From the NCBI GenBank assembly GCA_902575815.1, contig CACGTA010000004.1:13925-77924 (forward strand): a stretch of DNA of 64,000 nucleotides, in the 5' to 3' direction. This document shows, one piece after another, positions 36,824-47,249 of this stretch. Under the pieces are notes generated by a model, which did no database searches, had not been told where the DNA came from, and saw only the letters and a program-made list of their open reading frames with translations. A program made the translations under genes and the position numbers. Source of the stretch: an uncultured Alphaproteobacteria bacterium. GTDB lineage: Bacteria > Pseudomonadota > Alphaproteobacteria > HIMB59 > GCA-002718135. Position 1 is the first letter of the stretch, and the number at the start of each line of letters is the position of its first letter.

Positions 36824-38410
36824 ATGGAAGATAAAGTATATTTATTCGATACCACACTTAGAGATGGTCAGCAAACAACAGGAGTTAATTTTTCTGTTAG
36901 TGATAAAATGAATATATCCCAACATCTTGATGATTTAGGAATAGATTACATTGAAGGTGGATGGCCTGGAGCAAATCCTACCGATAATGATTTTTTTTCT
37001 AGAAATACAAAATTTTCAAAAAGTAAATTGACTGCCTTTGGTATGACAAGAAGACCAGGTAGAAGTGCAGATAACGATCCAGGATTAAATGCACTTATTA
37101 ATTCAAGCGCAAGTTGTGTTTGTATTGTAGGTAAATCATCATCATTTCACGTTAAAAACGCTTTAGAAATATCTGAAGATGAAAATTTAAAAATGATCAG
37201 TGATAGTATTCAATCAATAAAAAATAAAAACAAAGAGCCAATTTTTGATGCAGAACATTTTTTTGATGGCTTCAAAGAAAATAAAGAGTTTGCATTGAAT
37301 TGTATTAAAGCAGCGTATGACGCTGGTGCAAGATGGGTTGTGCTTTGTGATACAAATGGGGGAACTCTTCCAGATGAAATTTACAATATTGTTTCAGAAG
37401 TAGTAAAAGTTATACCAGGTCAAAATGTTGGTATACATGCTCACAATGATACTGACAATGCAGTTGCAAATGCATTAGCAGCTATTAATGCTGGAGCAAG
37501 ACAGATACAGGGAACAATTAATGGTTTAGGAGAAAGATGTGGAAATACTAATTTAATTTCCTTAATTCCATCTTTGGTTCTAAAAACAAAATATAAAACA
37601 AATATTTCAAAAGATAAGTTAAAAAATTTAATTCATATTTCTAGAACATTAAACGATATTCTAAACATGCCTTCAAGAAAAAATGCTCCATATGTTGGAG
37701 ATCATGCTTTCTCTCATAAAGGTGGATTACATGCATCTGCCATAGAAAAAAATTCTTCAACTTATGAACATATTAAACCAGAAATTGTTGGTAATTCTAG
37801 AAACGTAGTAATTTCAAATCAGGCAGGAAGATCTAATATATTAAATCAATTAAATAAGATTAATATTGATCTACCTAAAAATGAAATCAACAATATCTTA
37901 GAGATTATCAAGGAAAAAGAATCAGAAGGATATTCATTTGATACTGCTTTAGCTAGTTTTGAACTATTAGTAAGACGTTATCTTGGTCATTTTGAGGATT
38001 TTTATAATTTAGAAAAATTTAGAGTCACAGATGAAAGAAGATGGAATGCTAAAGGTGAAATTGTTACTGAAGCAGAGGCTACGGTATTTTTAAAAGTTAA
38101 AGATTCAAATATGATGACAGTGGGTACTGGAAATGGTCCAGTAAATGCTATTGATAGTGCATTAAGAAAAGCCCTAATTGATTATTATCCTGATCTTAAA
38201 GATTTAAAGTTAACTGATTACAAAGTTATGATTCTTTCATCAGAAAAAGGTACTGGCGCTATTACAAGAGTTTTAATTGAATCATCTGATTCCACTAATA
38301 CACATTGGACAACTATTGGCGTATCTCCAAATATTATTGATGCATCTTATAGCGCTATTTTTGATAGCATTACATTTAAGCTCTTAAATGATTTAAAGAA
38401 TAAAAATTGA
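36824..38410 (+). CDS. cimA: Citramalate synthase
   Basis: DTTLRDG.Q, EGGWPGANP, DAEHFFDG, LCDTNGG, H.HND, GERCGN. Confidence 0.9.
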   Translation: MEDKVYLFDTTLRDGQQTTGVNFSVSDKMNISQHLDDLGIDYIEGGWPGANPTDNDFFSRNTKFSKSKLTAFGMTRRPGRSADNDPGLNALINSSASCVCIVGKSSSFHVKNALEISEDENLKMISDSIQSIKNKNKEPIFDAEHFFDGFKENKEFALNCIKAAYDAGARWVVLCDTNGGTLPDEIYNIVSEVVKVIPGQNVGIHAHNDTDNAVANALAAINAGARQIQGTINGLGERCGNTNLISLIPSLVLKTKYKTNISKDKLKNLIHISRTLNDILNMPSRKNAPYVGDHAFSHKGGLHASAIEKNSSTYEHIKPEIVGNSRNVVISNQAGRSNILNQLNKINIDLPKNEINNILEIIKEKESEGYSFDTALASFELLVRRYLGHFEDFYNLEKFRVTDERRWNAKGEIVTEAEATVFLKVKDSNMMTVGTGNGPVNAIDSALRKALIDYYPDLKDLKLTDYKVMILSSEKGTGAITRVLIESSDSTNTHWTTIGVSPNIIDASYSAIFDSITFKLLNDLKNKN

Positions 38411-39117
38411 CTCCAAAAAATCCAAGCATAATTTTAGTTAGACCCCAACTTCCTGAAAACATTGGAATGGTTGCTCGTGTTATGCACAACTTTGGTTTAA
38501 AAGATCTAATTATTGTTTCGCCAAGAGATAAATGGTTAAATAATAAATCAATAAATGCAGCAAAAAAAGCAACGAAAATTATTAAGAATATTAAAGTTTA
38601 TGATGATTTAGAAATTGCACTTTCTAATTTTTCTTATGTTGTGGCCACAACGAATAGAAGAAGATATTTGGAAAAAAATTCTACTAACGATTTTAAATTC
38701 ATTAAAAGAAAAATTATTGCTAATAAAAAAACAGCAATACTTTTTGGTCCTGAAAATTCAGGACTTTCAAATGAGGATTTGAGATTATCTGATATTATTT
38801 TTACTATTGAAACAAGTAGTAAAAGTAATTCATTAAATCTTTCTCATGCAGTTACTGTTTTAAGTCATAAATTATTTGAATTGAATAATTTAAAAATTAC
38901 TAATTCTATTTCAATTCAAAAAGATAATATTAGTAAATATCAATTATCTAAATTCTTAAATTATGTGATTGAGAAACTTGAAAATAAAAAATTTTTTACT
39001 CCAAGTGAAAAAAAAGAAAGTATGAAAAATAATATTTATAGTATTTTCACAAAAATCCCTCTCACAAAGAAAGAATTGCAGACATTATGGGGAATTACTA
39101 AAAAACTTAATAAATAA
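38407..39117 (+). CDS. trmJ: tRNA/rRNA 2'-O-methyltransferase, TrmJ/LasT family
   Basis: PQ.PENIG..AR.M.NFG, FGPE.SGLSN, SLNLSHAV. Confidence 0.85.
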   Translation: MTPKNPSIILVRPQLPENIGMVARVMHNFGLKDLIIVSPRDKWLNNKSINAAKKATKIIKNIKVYDDLEIALSNFSYVVATTNRRRYLEKNSTNDFKFIKRKIIANKKTAILFGPENSGLSNEDLRLSDIIFTIETSSKSNSLNLSHAVTVLSHKLFELNNLKITNSISIQKDNISKYQLSKFLNYVIEKLENKKFFTPSEKKESMKNNIYSIFTKIPLTKKELQTLWGITKKLNK

Positions 39118-39140
39118 GCCAAAAATTGAGTATATTAAAT

Positions 39141-39168
39141 TTGACATAGTACTTTAAATCACTATATA
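39141..39168 (+). promoter_or_regulatory. Putative sigma70 promoter of rpsD
   Basis: TTGACA at 39141 and TATATA at 39163, 12 nt before the ATG. Confidence 0.55.
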
Positions 39169-39180
39169 CCCCTCATAATA

Positions 39181-39801
39181 ATGACAAAAAGACATAACGC
39201 TAAATACAAAATTGATAGAAGGTTAGGTGTTAACTTATGGGGGAGACCTAAAAGCCCTTTTAATAGAAGAAACTCAAAGCCTGGTCAGCATGGTGTTCAA
39301 GGACAAAGAAAGAAACTATCAGATTATGGAAATCAGTTATTTGCTAAGCAAAAACTTAAATTTTATTACGGTGATTTAACTGAAAGACAATTTAGGAATA
39401 TTTTCAAAAAAGCTTCTAATATTAAAGGTGATACAAGTCAGATTTTAATTGAACTTTTAGAAAGAAGATTAGATGCTACAGTTTATAGAATGAAATTTGT
39501 ACCTACAATTTTTTCTGCAAGACAGCTAGTTAATCATGGTCATGTAAAGGTCAATGGAAAAAGAGTGAACATTCCATCTTATAGTGTTAGCGACGGAGAT
39601 GAAATCTCAATAAAAGATAAAAGTAAAGAAATTAACTTAATTGTAGAATCAGTTAGTTCTCAAGAAAGAGAAATTCCAGAATACTTAGAAGTTGATGTAA
39701 AAGAGTTGAAAGGTCGTTTTTTAAGAGCGCCTCTAATTCATGATGTTCCTTATCCTGTAACTATGGAACCTAATTTAGTTATTGAGTATTATTCAAGATA
39801 A
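39181..39801 (+). CDS. rpsD: 30S ribosomal protein S4
   Basis: [36 protein letters not shown]. Confidence 0.97.
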   Translation: MTKRHNAKYKIDRRLGVNLWGRPKSPFNRRNSKPGQHGVQGQRKKLSDYGNQLFAKQKLKFYYGDLTERQFRNIFKKASNIKGDTSQILIELLERRLDATVYRMKFVPTIFSARQLVNHGHVKVNGKRVNIPSYSVSDGDEISIKDKSKEINLIVESVSSQEREIPEYLEVDVKELKGRFLRAPLIHDVPYPVTMEPNLVIEYYSR

Positions 39802-40678
39802 TTTCTTTTTTATAACTATCATAAATATAAATTATTATTCCTATCCAAATAATTATAAATGATATTAACTTAATTTGTAAAATTTCTTCATTAAGAATAA
39901 ATACTGAAGTTATAAAATGAAATGTTGGTGCTAAGTAAAATAAAACTCCCGCTAGACCTAATTGAATAAATTTTAAGCCCAAATTAAAAAATAATAATGG
40001 AAAAATTGTTACAGCTCCTGTTAGAATTAAAAATAATGATGTCTTCAAATCAATACTAAAGATACTATTTTCATTTTGCCAAAATAAATAAACTAAGTAG
40101 GGGATAGATATTAAAGATATTATGAAAGTCTCATAAAGTAAACCAATTGAAGGATTAACATTAACTTGTTTTCTTAATAATCCATATATTGCCCATGAGG
40201 TTCCAATCCAAAATATTAGGAATGGAAATTGATTTAAATTAATAAATAAGAATAATATACCTAATAACATAAGACATACAGATGCAAATTTAGGCTTAGT
40301 AATTTTCTCATTTAAAAAAAAATAACCAAGAATAATACTGATCATTGGAGTAATAAAGTAACCCATTGATGCATCCTGAACTCTTTCTTGTCCTACAGAA
40401 TAAATAAAACCTGCCCAGTTACCTGCAATAAGAAAAGCTGTAATTGTTAAAAGAAAAAGTTTTTTTTTAAATTTAAATATTTCTATAAAATCATTTATAT
40501 TTGAAATTAAAATTAATAATAAAAATAAAAAAATAAATGACCAGAAACCTCTGTGAGCTACAACTTCAATAGTCTCAACGTGATTTAATTCATTAAAAAA
40601 AAGGGGTTGTGGAAGCCCCCAAAAAATTGCTGCAATACAGGAAAATATTACACCTTTAGAAAATTTATTATTTAACAA
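39779..40678 (-). CDS. rarD: EamA-family transporter RarD
   Basis: AHR..WS, NW..FI, ASMGYFI.P, YGL.RK; multiple TM segments. Confidence 0.87.
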   Translation of the reverse strand: MLNNKFSKGVIFSCIAAIFWGLPQPLFFNELNHVETIEVVAHRGFWSFIFLFLLLILISNINDFIEIFKFKKKLFLLTITAFLIAGNWAGFIYSVGQERVQDASMGYFITPMISIILGYFFLNEKITKPKFASVCLMLLGILFLFINLNQFPFLIFWIGTSWAIYGLLRKQVNVNPSIGLLYETFIISLISIPYLVYLFWQNENSIFSIDLKTSLFLILTGAVTIFPLLFFNLGLKFIQLGLAGVLFYLAPTFHFITSVFILNEEILQIKLISFIIIWIGIIIYIYDSYKKEIILNNTQ

Positions 40679-40679
40679 A

Positions 40680-41021
40680 CTAGGACGGGTTTACGTCTAT
40701 TCCATTTGTATTGAATAATTCTAGTAATTCACCACTTTCAAACATTTCAGTTATGATATCACAACCACCTATAAATTCTTTCTTAACATAAAGTTGTGGT
40801 ATGGTTGGCCAATTAGAATATGTTTTAATACCTTCTCTCATTTCGTCACTCTCTAACACATTCACACTTCCAAATTTAACACCTACTTTATTTAATATTT
40901 CAACTACTCTTGCAGAAAATCCACACATTGGAAATACAGGGGTGCCCTTCATGAAAAGCATTACATCATTTGAGTTAATTTCATTTTCTATATTTTGGGA
41001 TACATGGTCGTTATTATTCAT
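40680..41021 (-). CDS. grxD: Monothiol glutaredoxin Grx4
   Basis: FMKG...P.CGFS, WPTIPQLY, GGCDI. Confidence 0.95.
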   Translation of the reverse strand: MNNNDHVSQNIENEINSNDVMLFMKGTPVFPMCGFSARVVEILNKVGVKFGSVNVLESDEMREGIKTYSNWPTIPQLYVKKEFIGGCDIITEMFESGELLELFNTNGIDVNPS

Positions 41022-41023
41022 TA

Positions 41024-41254
41024 TTACTCCGATACAGTTTTTAGCTTAAGTGCGTGCAAATCACTACCCATTTTACCATTAAAAGCATCATAAACCATCT
41101 TATGTTGTTCTACTCTTGTTTTTCCAGAAAAGGATTTTGACGTCACTATAGCACTGTAATGATCGCCATCTCCTTGAAGATCTTCAATTTCAACAGTTGC
41201 ATCTGGTATAGCTTCTTTAATAAATTGTTCAATTTGTTCAACAGTCATTGGCAT
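41024..41254 (-). CDS. BolA family protein
   Basis: GDGDHY, F.G..RV.QH..VY, LHAL; adjacent to grxD. Confidence 0.92.
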   Translation of the reverse strand: MPMTVEQIEQFIKEAIPDATVEIEDLQGDGDHYSAIVTSKSFSGKTRVEQHKMVYDAFNGKMGSDLHALKLKTVSE

Positions 41255-41291
41255 ACCTATAAAATAGTTCAGATATTAAAAAAAATAAAGA

Positions 41292-42584
41292 CTATTTAAT
41301 TTTATTTTTAAAAATCCATTCTATTTTCTTTAGATCGTTATCATCTTTAATGATTTTTTCGATTTCTTTTGAATTTAATTTTTTGTTTAATTCTTTATTT
41401 TTTTGTAAAACTTGAGAAAAATTCTTATTATTATTCCATGTTTCCATGGCACTTTCTTGAACAATTTTGTAGGCTTGTTGTCTTTTCAATCCTTTTTCAA
41501 TTAGTTTTAACATAATATTGTGAGTTCTATGTAAACCTCCAAGCATATTCAAATTTTTTAACATATTTTTTGGATAGACTTTTAAATTCTTTATAATGCC
41601 ATTTAAACGACTCAGTGCAAAATCAGTTGCAATTGTAATATCTGGTGTCGTAATTCTTTCAACACTAGAATGACTAATATCTCTCTCGTGCCAAAGTACA
41701 ACATTTTCTAGTGAAGGTATTACACCACTTCTAATATAACGTGCGATACCTGTTAAGTTCTCACTTAATACTGGGTTACGTTTGTGAGGCATAGCAGAAG
41801 AACCCTTTTGCTTAGAAGAAAAACTTTCTTCAACTTCTAATACCTCTGTTTTTTGTAAATTTCGAATTTCCACTGCAAACCTCTCAATAGAAGATGCTAA
41901 AATTCCTAGTACTGAGAAAAAATACGCATGCCTATCTCTTGGAATTACTTGAGTTGATACATCTTCAGAATTTAGTTTAAGTTTTTTTGCTACATAATCT
42001 TGAACTCGTGGGTCTATAGAATTAAATGTTCCAACAGGTCCAGAAATAGCACAAACAGATATTTCGTTGATCGCCTGATCAAGTCTTTCTAAATTTCTTT
42101 TAAACTCAAAATAAAAGGAAGATAATTTTAATCCAAAAGTAATAGGTTCAGCATGTATCCCATGACTTCTTCCAATCATTAATGTGTCTTTATATTTTTT
42201 TGATTTGATTTTTAGACTTTGAATACACTCTACTAAACTTTTTCTTATTATTTCAGAGGTTTGCTTAAGTTGTACAGAAAATGAAGTATCAATAATATCA
42301 CTGGAAGTTACACCAAAATGAAAATACTTTGACGAGTCGCCAATATATTTGCTTACATTATTAATATAAGCAACAACATCATGTTTTGTCTCTTTTTCAA
42401 TTTTTTCTATTTCTTTAACATTGAATTTTGCTTTATTTCTTATTTCTTTTGCAGCTTTTTTAGGAATAACGCCGAGCATCGCTTGTTTTTCTGCAATCAA
42501 ACACTCAATTTCTGTCCAAATTGTAAATTTATTTTCTAATGACCAGATCTTTTCAATTTTAGGTCTATTATATCTAGGTATCAT
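41292..42584 (-). CDS. purB: Adenylosuccinate lyase
   Basis: HDV, HFG.TSSD, GRSHG.HAEP, GSSAMPHKRNP, WHERDISHS. Confidence 0.96.
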   Translation of the reverse strand: MIPRYNRPKIEKIWSLENKFTIWTEIECLIAEKQAMLGVIPKKAAKEIRNKAKFNVKEIEKIEKETKHDVVAYINNVSKYIGDSSKYFHFGVTSSDIIDTSFSVQLKQTSEIIRKSLVECIQSLKIKSKKYKDTLMIGRSHGIHAEPITFGLKLSSFYFEFKRNLERLDQAINEISVCAISGPVGTFNSIDPRVQDYVAKKLKLNSEDVSTQVIPRDRHAYFFSVLGILASSIERFAVEIRNLQKTEVLEVEESFSSKQKGSSAMPHKRNPVLSENLTGIARYIRSGVIPSLENVVLWHERDISHSSVERITTPDITIATDFALSRLNGIIKNLKVYPKNMLKNLNMLGGLHRTHNIMLKLIEKGLKRQQAYKIVQESAMETWNNNKNFSQVLQKNKELNKKLNSKEIEKIIKDDNDLKKIEWIFKNKIK

Positions 42585-42593
42585 TTTATCTAC

Positions 42594-43388
42594 TTATACA
42601 TCCTTTATTGGGAAAGCTGTATTATTTTTAGATAATGTAAATATTTCATTTCCTTCTTCTGTTATTCCAATTGTATGCTCGAATTGAGCAGATAAAGATT
42701 TATCTTTTGTTACAGCTGTCCATCCATCATTAAGTATTTTTGTTTGCCATCCACCTAAATTAATCATTGGTTCAATTGTTAAAAACATACCAGGCTCTAA
42801 CATAGGTCCTTCGCCTGGTTCTCCAAAGTGTAAAACACTAGGTGGAGTATGAAATTCCTTTCCAATTCCATGACCACAAAAATCTCTTACTACAGAATAA
42901 CCTTTTCCTTCAGCAAGTTTCTGAATTTTATTTCCAATATCACCAATATGCTTACCAGGTTTAGCTTCACTAATACCAATTAATAAAGATTCATAAGTTA
43001 TTTTTAAAAATTCATAATTTTTTTTATTTGTCTTGCCTGCTACAAACATTCTGGAACTATCACCATGCCAACCATTTAGAATAACTGTTACATCTACATT
43101 TACTATATCACCATCAGATAGAATTTTTCTTTCAGAGGGAATTCCATGACAAACAACATGATTTACAGATGTACAAACTGATTTTGGGAAACCTTTATAA
43201 TTTAAAGGAGCAGGTATTGCATTATTTTGAATAATTTGATCATGACATATGTCATTTATTTCTTGAGTACTTATTCCTGGAACAATCTTTTTACTTAAAG
43301 AATCTAGAACATCAGCAGCTAAAGAACCAGCCCCCCTCATGCCCTCAAAATCTTTTTTCGTATGTATTGGGATATTGTTGTTTCTCAT
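42594..43388 (-). CDS. map: Type I methionine aminopeptidase
   Basis: CTSVN.VVCHGIP, DVT...G.HGD, GHGIG..FH, TIEPMI, SAQFEHT. Confidence 0.96.
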   Translation of the reverse strand: MRNNNIPIHTKKDFEGMRGAGSLAADVLDSLSKKIVPGISTQEINDICHDQIIQNNAIPAPLNYKGFPKSVCTSVNHVVCHGIPSERKILSDGDIVNVDVTVILNGWHGDSSRMFVAGKTNKKNYEFLKITYESLLIGISEAKPGKHIGDIGNKIQKLAEGKGYSVVRDFCGHGIGKEFHTPPSVLHFGEPGEGPMLEPGMFLTIEPMINLGGWQTKILNDGWTAVTKDKSLSAQFEHTIGITEEGNEIFTLSKNNTAFPIKDV

Positions 43389-43445
43389 TTAAAAAATAAT
43401 TACTTACAATTAATAAATAATATATAGAAAATATCAATTAATCAT

Positions 43446-44192
43446 ATGAGTTCTTTTACTGCAGGAGTTATTGTTATTGGTGATGAAATACTTTCTGGCA
43501 GAACTCAAGATACAAACTCAAATTATATTGCAAAAAAATTATTAGAAGCTGGTATTAAGTTAGAAGAAGTTATTGTTATTCAGGATGAGAAAAAAACAAT
43601 AATAGAAAATGTTTTAAAATATTGCTCAAAATATTCTTATGTTTTTACTACTGGAGGAATTGGACCAACTCATGATGATATAACTTCAGAAAGTATATCT
43701 GAAGCCTTTAATTTACAATATGAAACAAATAAAATGGCTTTTGAGATTCTTGAAAATTATTATCCAAAAGGTGAATTTAATGAAAGCAGGCAAAGAATGG
43801 CCAAAATGCCATTTGGTTCAGAGCTTATTTTAAATCCAATGACCGCTGCACCAGGATTTATTGTAAAAAATATTTATGTTTTACCTGGTGTGCCAGAAAT
43901 AATGCAAGTTATGTTCGAGGAATTAATGAAAAAAATTAAAAAAGGTAAGCCAAAACTTGTTACAACAATTAATACTAATTTATACGAAAGTAAAATTGCA
44001 AAAAATTTAAAAAATATTCAAAACAATTATACAAATGCTTCAATCGGAAGTTACCCCTATTTTAATCTTGCAGCTAAAACAGGCGGTGTTAACATAGTTG
44101 TTTCATCATGGGAGATGACATCTATTCAACCAATAGTTGATGATATAACTAAGATGATTGAATTAAATGGTGGAAAAAGTTCTATAGTTTGA
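43446..44192 (+). CDS. CinA-like molybdopterin-binding domain protein
   Basis: IGDEILSG.T.DTN, TTGGIGPTHDDIT, LPGVP, IGSYP. Confidence 0.88.
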   Translation: MSSFTAGVIVIGDEILSGRTQDTNSNYIAKKLLEAGIKLEEVIVIQDEKKTIIENVLKYCSKYSYVFTTGGIGPTHDDITSESISEAFNLQYETNKMAFEILENYYPKGEFNESRQRMAKMPFGSELILNPMTAAPGFIVKNIYVLPGVPEIMQVMFEELMKKIKKGKPKLVTTINTNLYESKIAKNLKNIQNNYTNASIGSYPYFNLAAKTGGVNIVVSSWEMTSIQPIVDDITKMIELNGGKSSIV

Positions 44193-44208
44193 TATTAGTC
44201 CAAAATCA

Positions 44209-44293
44209 GGCCTCGTGGTGGAATGGTAGACACAAAGGACTTAAAATCCTTGCCCTTTTGGGAGTGCCGGTTCAAGTCCGGCCGAGGCTACCA
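44209..44293 (+). tRNA. tRNA-Leu (anticodon TAA)
   Basis: GGCCTCG/CGAGGCT acceptor stem, D-loop GGTAGAC, anticodon arm AAGGA-CTTAAAA-TCCTT, long variable arm, GGTTCAAGTCC, encoded CCA. Confidence 0.96.
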
Positions 44294-44304
44294 ATCATTA
44301 AATT

Positions 44305-44679
44305 ATGTTTGCTTTTATTACTATTGGAACAAATAATTTAAAAAAATCATCTGCATTTTATAGTAAAATTTTAAAACCTCTAAAAATTAAAAAAGTATTA
44401 TCTCATCATCGTTATTTTGGTTATGCTAAAAAAGAAACACCTAAAAAAATAGAATTATACTTGATTAGACCTCATAACAAAAAAAAAGCAACCATAGGAA
44501 ATGGTACAATGATTACTTTTAAAGCTAATTCTAAAAAAACTGTTAATGAATTTTATAAAATTGGAATTAGTCTTGGAGCAAAAGATGAAGGAATACCTGG
44601 CCCCAGACATGGTAAAGATTATTATGCATATTTAAGGGATTTAGATGGTAACAAGATTTGTATTTTTAAAAAAATTTGA
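44305..44679 (+). CDS. VOC/glyoxalase family protein
   Basis: TIGTN.L..S..FY, GNG.M..F.A, GA.DEG.PG.R, Y.AY.RDLDGNK. Confidence 0.88.
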   Translation: MFAFITIGTNNLKKSSAFYSKILKPLKIKKVLSHHRYFGYAKKETPKKIELYLIRPHNKKKATIGNGTMITFKANSKKTVNEFYKIGISLGAKDEGIPGPRHGKDYYAYLRDLDGNKICIFKKI

Positions 44680-44681
44680 TC

Positions 44682-45440
44682 TTAAAAATTAAATTGTTCA
44701 TTCAAAATTTTATCTTCAATAGAGTGTTTACTATCGAATAATACAGTGCATTTGTTTTCATCTGAAGATACAATATTGACTCTACTAATATCTCTAAACT
44801 CAACATTGTCTGCAGTTACGCTAGATGAGCGCTCATCATAATTTAAAACTTCAAAATCAATTTTACTAATTTCTGATAAAAGAGCACCTCTCCATCTCCT
44901 TGGTCTAAAGGCGCTGATTGGAGTTAATGCAAGTATATTTGAGTCTAAAGGTAGAATACTACCATGTGCGGATAGATTATAAGCTGTACTTCCAGCTGAT
45001 GTAGATAACAAAACGCCATCACATATCAATTCTTCCATTTTTACTTTCTCATTTATTTTGATTTTAATTTTTGATGCCAAATGAGTCTGCCTCATAAGAG
45101 AAACTTCATTATATGCATATGCCTCAAAGATTTCATTATTAACATTTTGTGCCGTCATTTTTAATGGTTTAAAAGTAGATTTTTTAGCATTGGTAATCAT
45201 GTCATTTAAATTTTCATTACTAAGATTATTCATTAAAAAGCCAATTGAACCAAAGTTTATTCCAAAAAATGGTTTGTTTAGTTTATTAAAATTATGAAGT
45301 GATTTTAAAAGTAATCCATCTCCTCCAATTGGAATAATGTAATCGGCATCTTCTACAGAATTTTGTCCAAATAATTCTATTAGTTTTTTTTCTGTATTTT
45401 TTGCCTCAGGATTGTTTGATGATAAAAAATGAAATTTCAT
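44682..45440 (-). CDS. nadK: NAD kinase
   Basis: GGDG, G.N.GS.GFLMN, NEVS, DG...ST.AGSTAYNLSA. Confidence 0.93.
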   Translation of the reverse strand: MKFHFLSSNNPEAKNTEKKLIELFGQNSVEDADYIIPIGGDGLLLKSLHNFNKLNKPFFGINFGSIGFLMNNLSNENLNDMITNAKKSTFKPLKMTAQNVNNEIFEAYAYNEVSLMRQTHLASKIKIKINEKVKMEELICDGVLLSTSAGSTAYNLSAHGSILPLDSNILALTPISAFRPRRWRGALLSEISKIDFEVLNYDERSSSVTADNVEFRDISRVNIVSSDENKCTVLFDSKHSIEDKILNEQFNF

Positions 45441-46432
45441 TATCCACCTGTTACGTTCATATGTCTTTTCATATATTTATTAATTTTTTCTCCAATCATA
45501 AAATCATGTTGTTTTGGTTTAATATTAAGTGCAAACTTAATTTTTTCTTTTATAAAATCATCACTATAATCTTCTCTCATTATTTCTCTAAAATCAACAA
45601 AGTCATTCTGACCAAGGCACATGTAAAGTTTACCAGTGCTCGATATTCTTACTCTATTGCAAGAGGCACAAAAATTATTTGTTAAAGGACTTATAAACCC
45701 AATTTTATTAGAAACTAAATCACTAGTATAAAATCTTGCTGGACCTCCAGTACTATAATGAATTTTAGAAAAATTATATATTTTGTCTAGTTTTGAAAAA
45801 GTATCAGATAATGAGATAAACTGATATTCTCTTGATATATCTGTTTCTTCCATTGGCATTACTTCGATAAATGTAAGATCAATTTTTTTATTACTAGTCC
45901 AATATATTAATTCTTCAATTTCATTTTCATTAAAATCTTTAATTACTACAGTATTAATTTTAATTTTTATGTTGTTATCAAGTGCTTCATTAATTCCATC
46001 AAAAACTTTTTCAATATTTCCAAATCTTGTTATTTTATTATATTTTTCAGGATTAATTGTATCTAGAGAAACATTAATTCTATTAATACCATTTAGCTTC
46101 AGTAGTTTTGCATATTTTTTTAATAATGTACCATTTGTTGTCAGTGTTATTTCCTTTAGATTTGTTTTTTCTTTTTTGGTATTAAGTTTTTCAATTAATT
46201 TTATAATATCATTTCTTACTAAAGGCTCACCCCCAGTTAATCTAATTTTTTCAACTCCGAGTTCTATAAAGTTGTCACATAGTCTTTCAATTTCTTCTAA
46301 TGTGAGTATGTCTTTTCGTGGGAGAAATTGCATTTTTTCTTTCATACAATAAACACATCTCAAATCACATCTATCTGTAACAGATACTCTTAGATAATTT
46401 ACTTTTCTTAAATACTGGTCAATTAGTTGCAT
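45440..46432 (-). CDS. moaA: GTP 3',8-cyclase (radical SAM)
   Basis: YLRVSVTDRCDLRCVYCM, LTGGEP, C..CNR.R...G.LY.CL, C-terminal GG; TTG start. Confidence 0.96.
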   Translation of the reverse strand: MQLIDQYLRKVNYLRVSVTDRCDLRCVYCMKEKMQFLPRKDILTLEEIERLCDNFIELGVEKIRLTGGEPLVRNDIIKLIEKLNTKKEKTNLKEITLTTNGTLLKKYAKLLKLNGINRINVSLDTINPEKYNKITRFGNIEKVFDGINEALDNNIKIKINTVVIKDFNENEIEELIYWTSNKKIDLTFIEVMPMEETDISREYQFISLSDTFSKLDKIYNFSKIHYSTGGPARFYTSDLVSNKIGFISPLTNNFCASCNRVRISSTGKLYMCLGQNDFVDFREIMREDYSDDFIKEKIKFALNIKPKQHDFMIGEKINKYMKRHMNVTGG

Positions 46433-46616
46433 TTATATTAATTATTTTTAATTCAACTTCTTTAGGGTTAATAGTTTTTTTTCCAACATTTTCAAAATTT
46501 ATTGTAACTATATCGTTAATACATGATTGAACTTGACCAATTCCCCATTCTTTTTCTTTACTGACATTTACAACAAAAGTACCTGGTGTAAGATCACCTA
46601 TATAAAAATCTGACAT
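46419..46616 (-). CDS. DUF3553-family small protein
   Basis: L.PG..V....EWG.GQVQS...VTINFEN.GK. Confidence 0.8.
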   Translation of the reverse strand: MSDFYIGDLTPGTFVVNVSKEKEWGIGQVQSCINDIVTINFENVGKKTINPKEVELKIININATN

Positions 46617-46627
46617 TTAAAATAAAA

Positions 46628-47035
46628 TTAACTAATTCTTTTTTCTGCTTTTTCATGCATTTCTTGAGCTTCTAAACTCAATGTTGCAACTGGTCTTGCT
46701 TCTAATCTTTTGATACTAATTGGATCACCTGTTTCATCGCAATAACCATATGATCCATCTTCAATTCTTTGAAGGGCGGCATCAATTTTATTAATTAGCT
46801 TTCTTTCTCTATCTCTAGTTCTAAGTTCGAAAGATCTATCTATTTCTTCAGATGCTCTATCAGTTATGTCCGGTTTTGCTTCATTCTCATTCTGAAGATT
46901 ATTTAAAGTTTGAGATGACTCCTTGAGTAAATCTTTTTTCCAACTTACTAGTTTTTGCCTAAAATATTCTTTCATTTTGGCATTCATGAATTTTTCTTTC
47001 TGAGTTGGTTTATAATTTTTAGGTAATTTAGTCAT
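46628..47035 (-). CDS. dksA: RNA polymerase-binding transcription factor DksA
   Basis: FMN....YFR, D..DRA..E, RDRERKL..KI, YGYC.ETG.PI...RL.ARP; start ATG 47035 preferred. Confidence 0.95.
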   Translation of the reverse strand: MTKLPKNYKPTQKEKFMNAKMKEYFRQKLVSWKKDLLKESSQTLNNLQNENEAKPDITDRASEEIDRSFELRTRDRERKLINKIDAALQRIEDGSYGYCDETGDPISIKRLEARPVATLSLEAQEMHEKAEKRIS

Positions 47036-47149
47036 AATTTTAAAACGCTGCTGATTTATCAAATGATTTTATTTATTCAAGCAATATTGAAATTTTATTA
47101 ATTATAAATAATTCATATTTTTCAATATTTTAATTAAATTTTCATAAAA

Positions 47150-47190
47150 GAACAAAAATAGAACTTTTAAAATTAGAACAAAACGTGTAC
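47150..47190 (+). promoter_or_regulatory. Two alphaproteobacterial LexA (SOS) boxes upstream of recA
   Basis: GAAC-AAAAATA-GAAC (47150-47164) and GAAC-AAAACGT-GTAC (47176-47190) fit GAAC-N7-GAAC/GTAC. Confidence 0.85.
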
Positions 47191-47249
47191 AAGTAAACAT
47201 GATTTGCAAGAATCTTAATAAAAACATAGGAAATTAATGGAGAAATGTA

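Noticed and set aside
44209-44700. tRNA-Leu as an integration site for an island
   Set aside because: No integrase, duplicated tRNA 3' end or compositional shift seen.
46628-47035. DksA with only one zinc-finger cysteine
   Set aside because: This is normal for alphaproteobacterial DksA.
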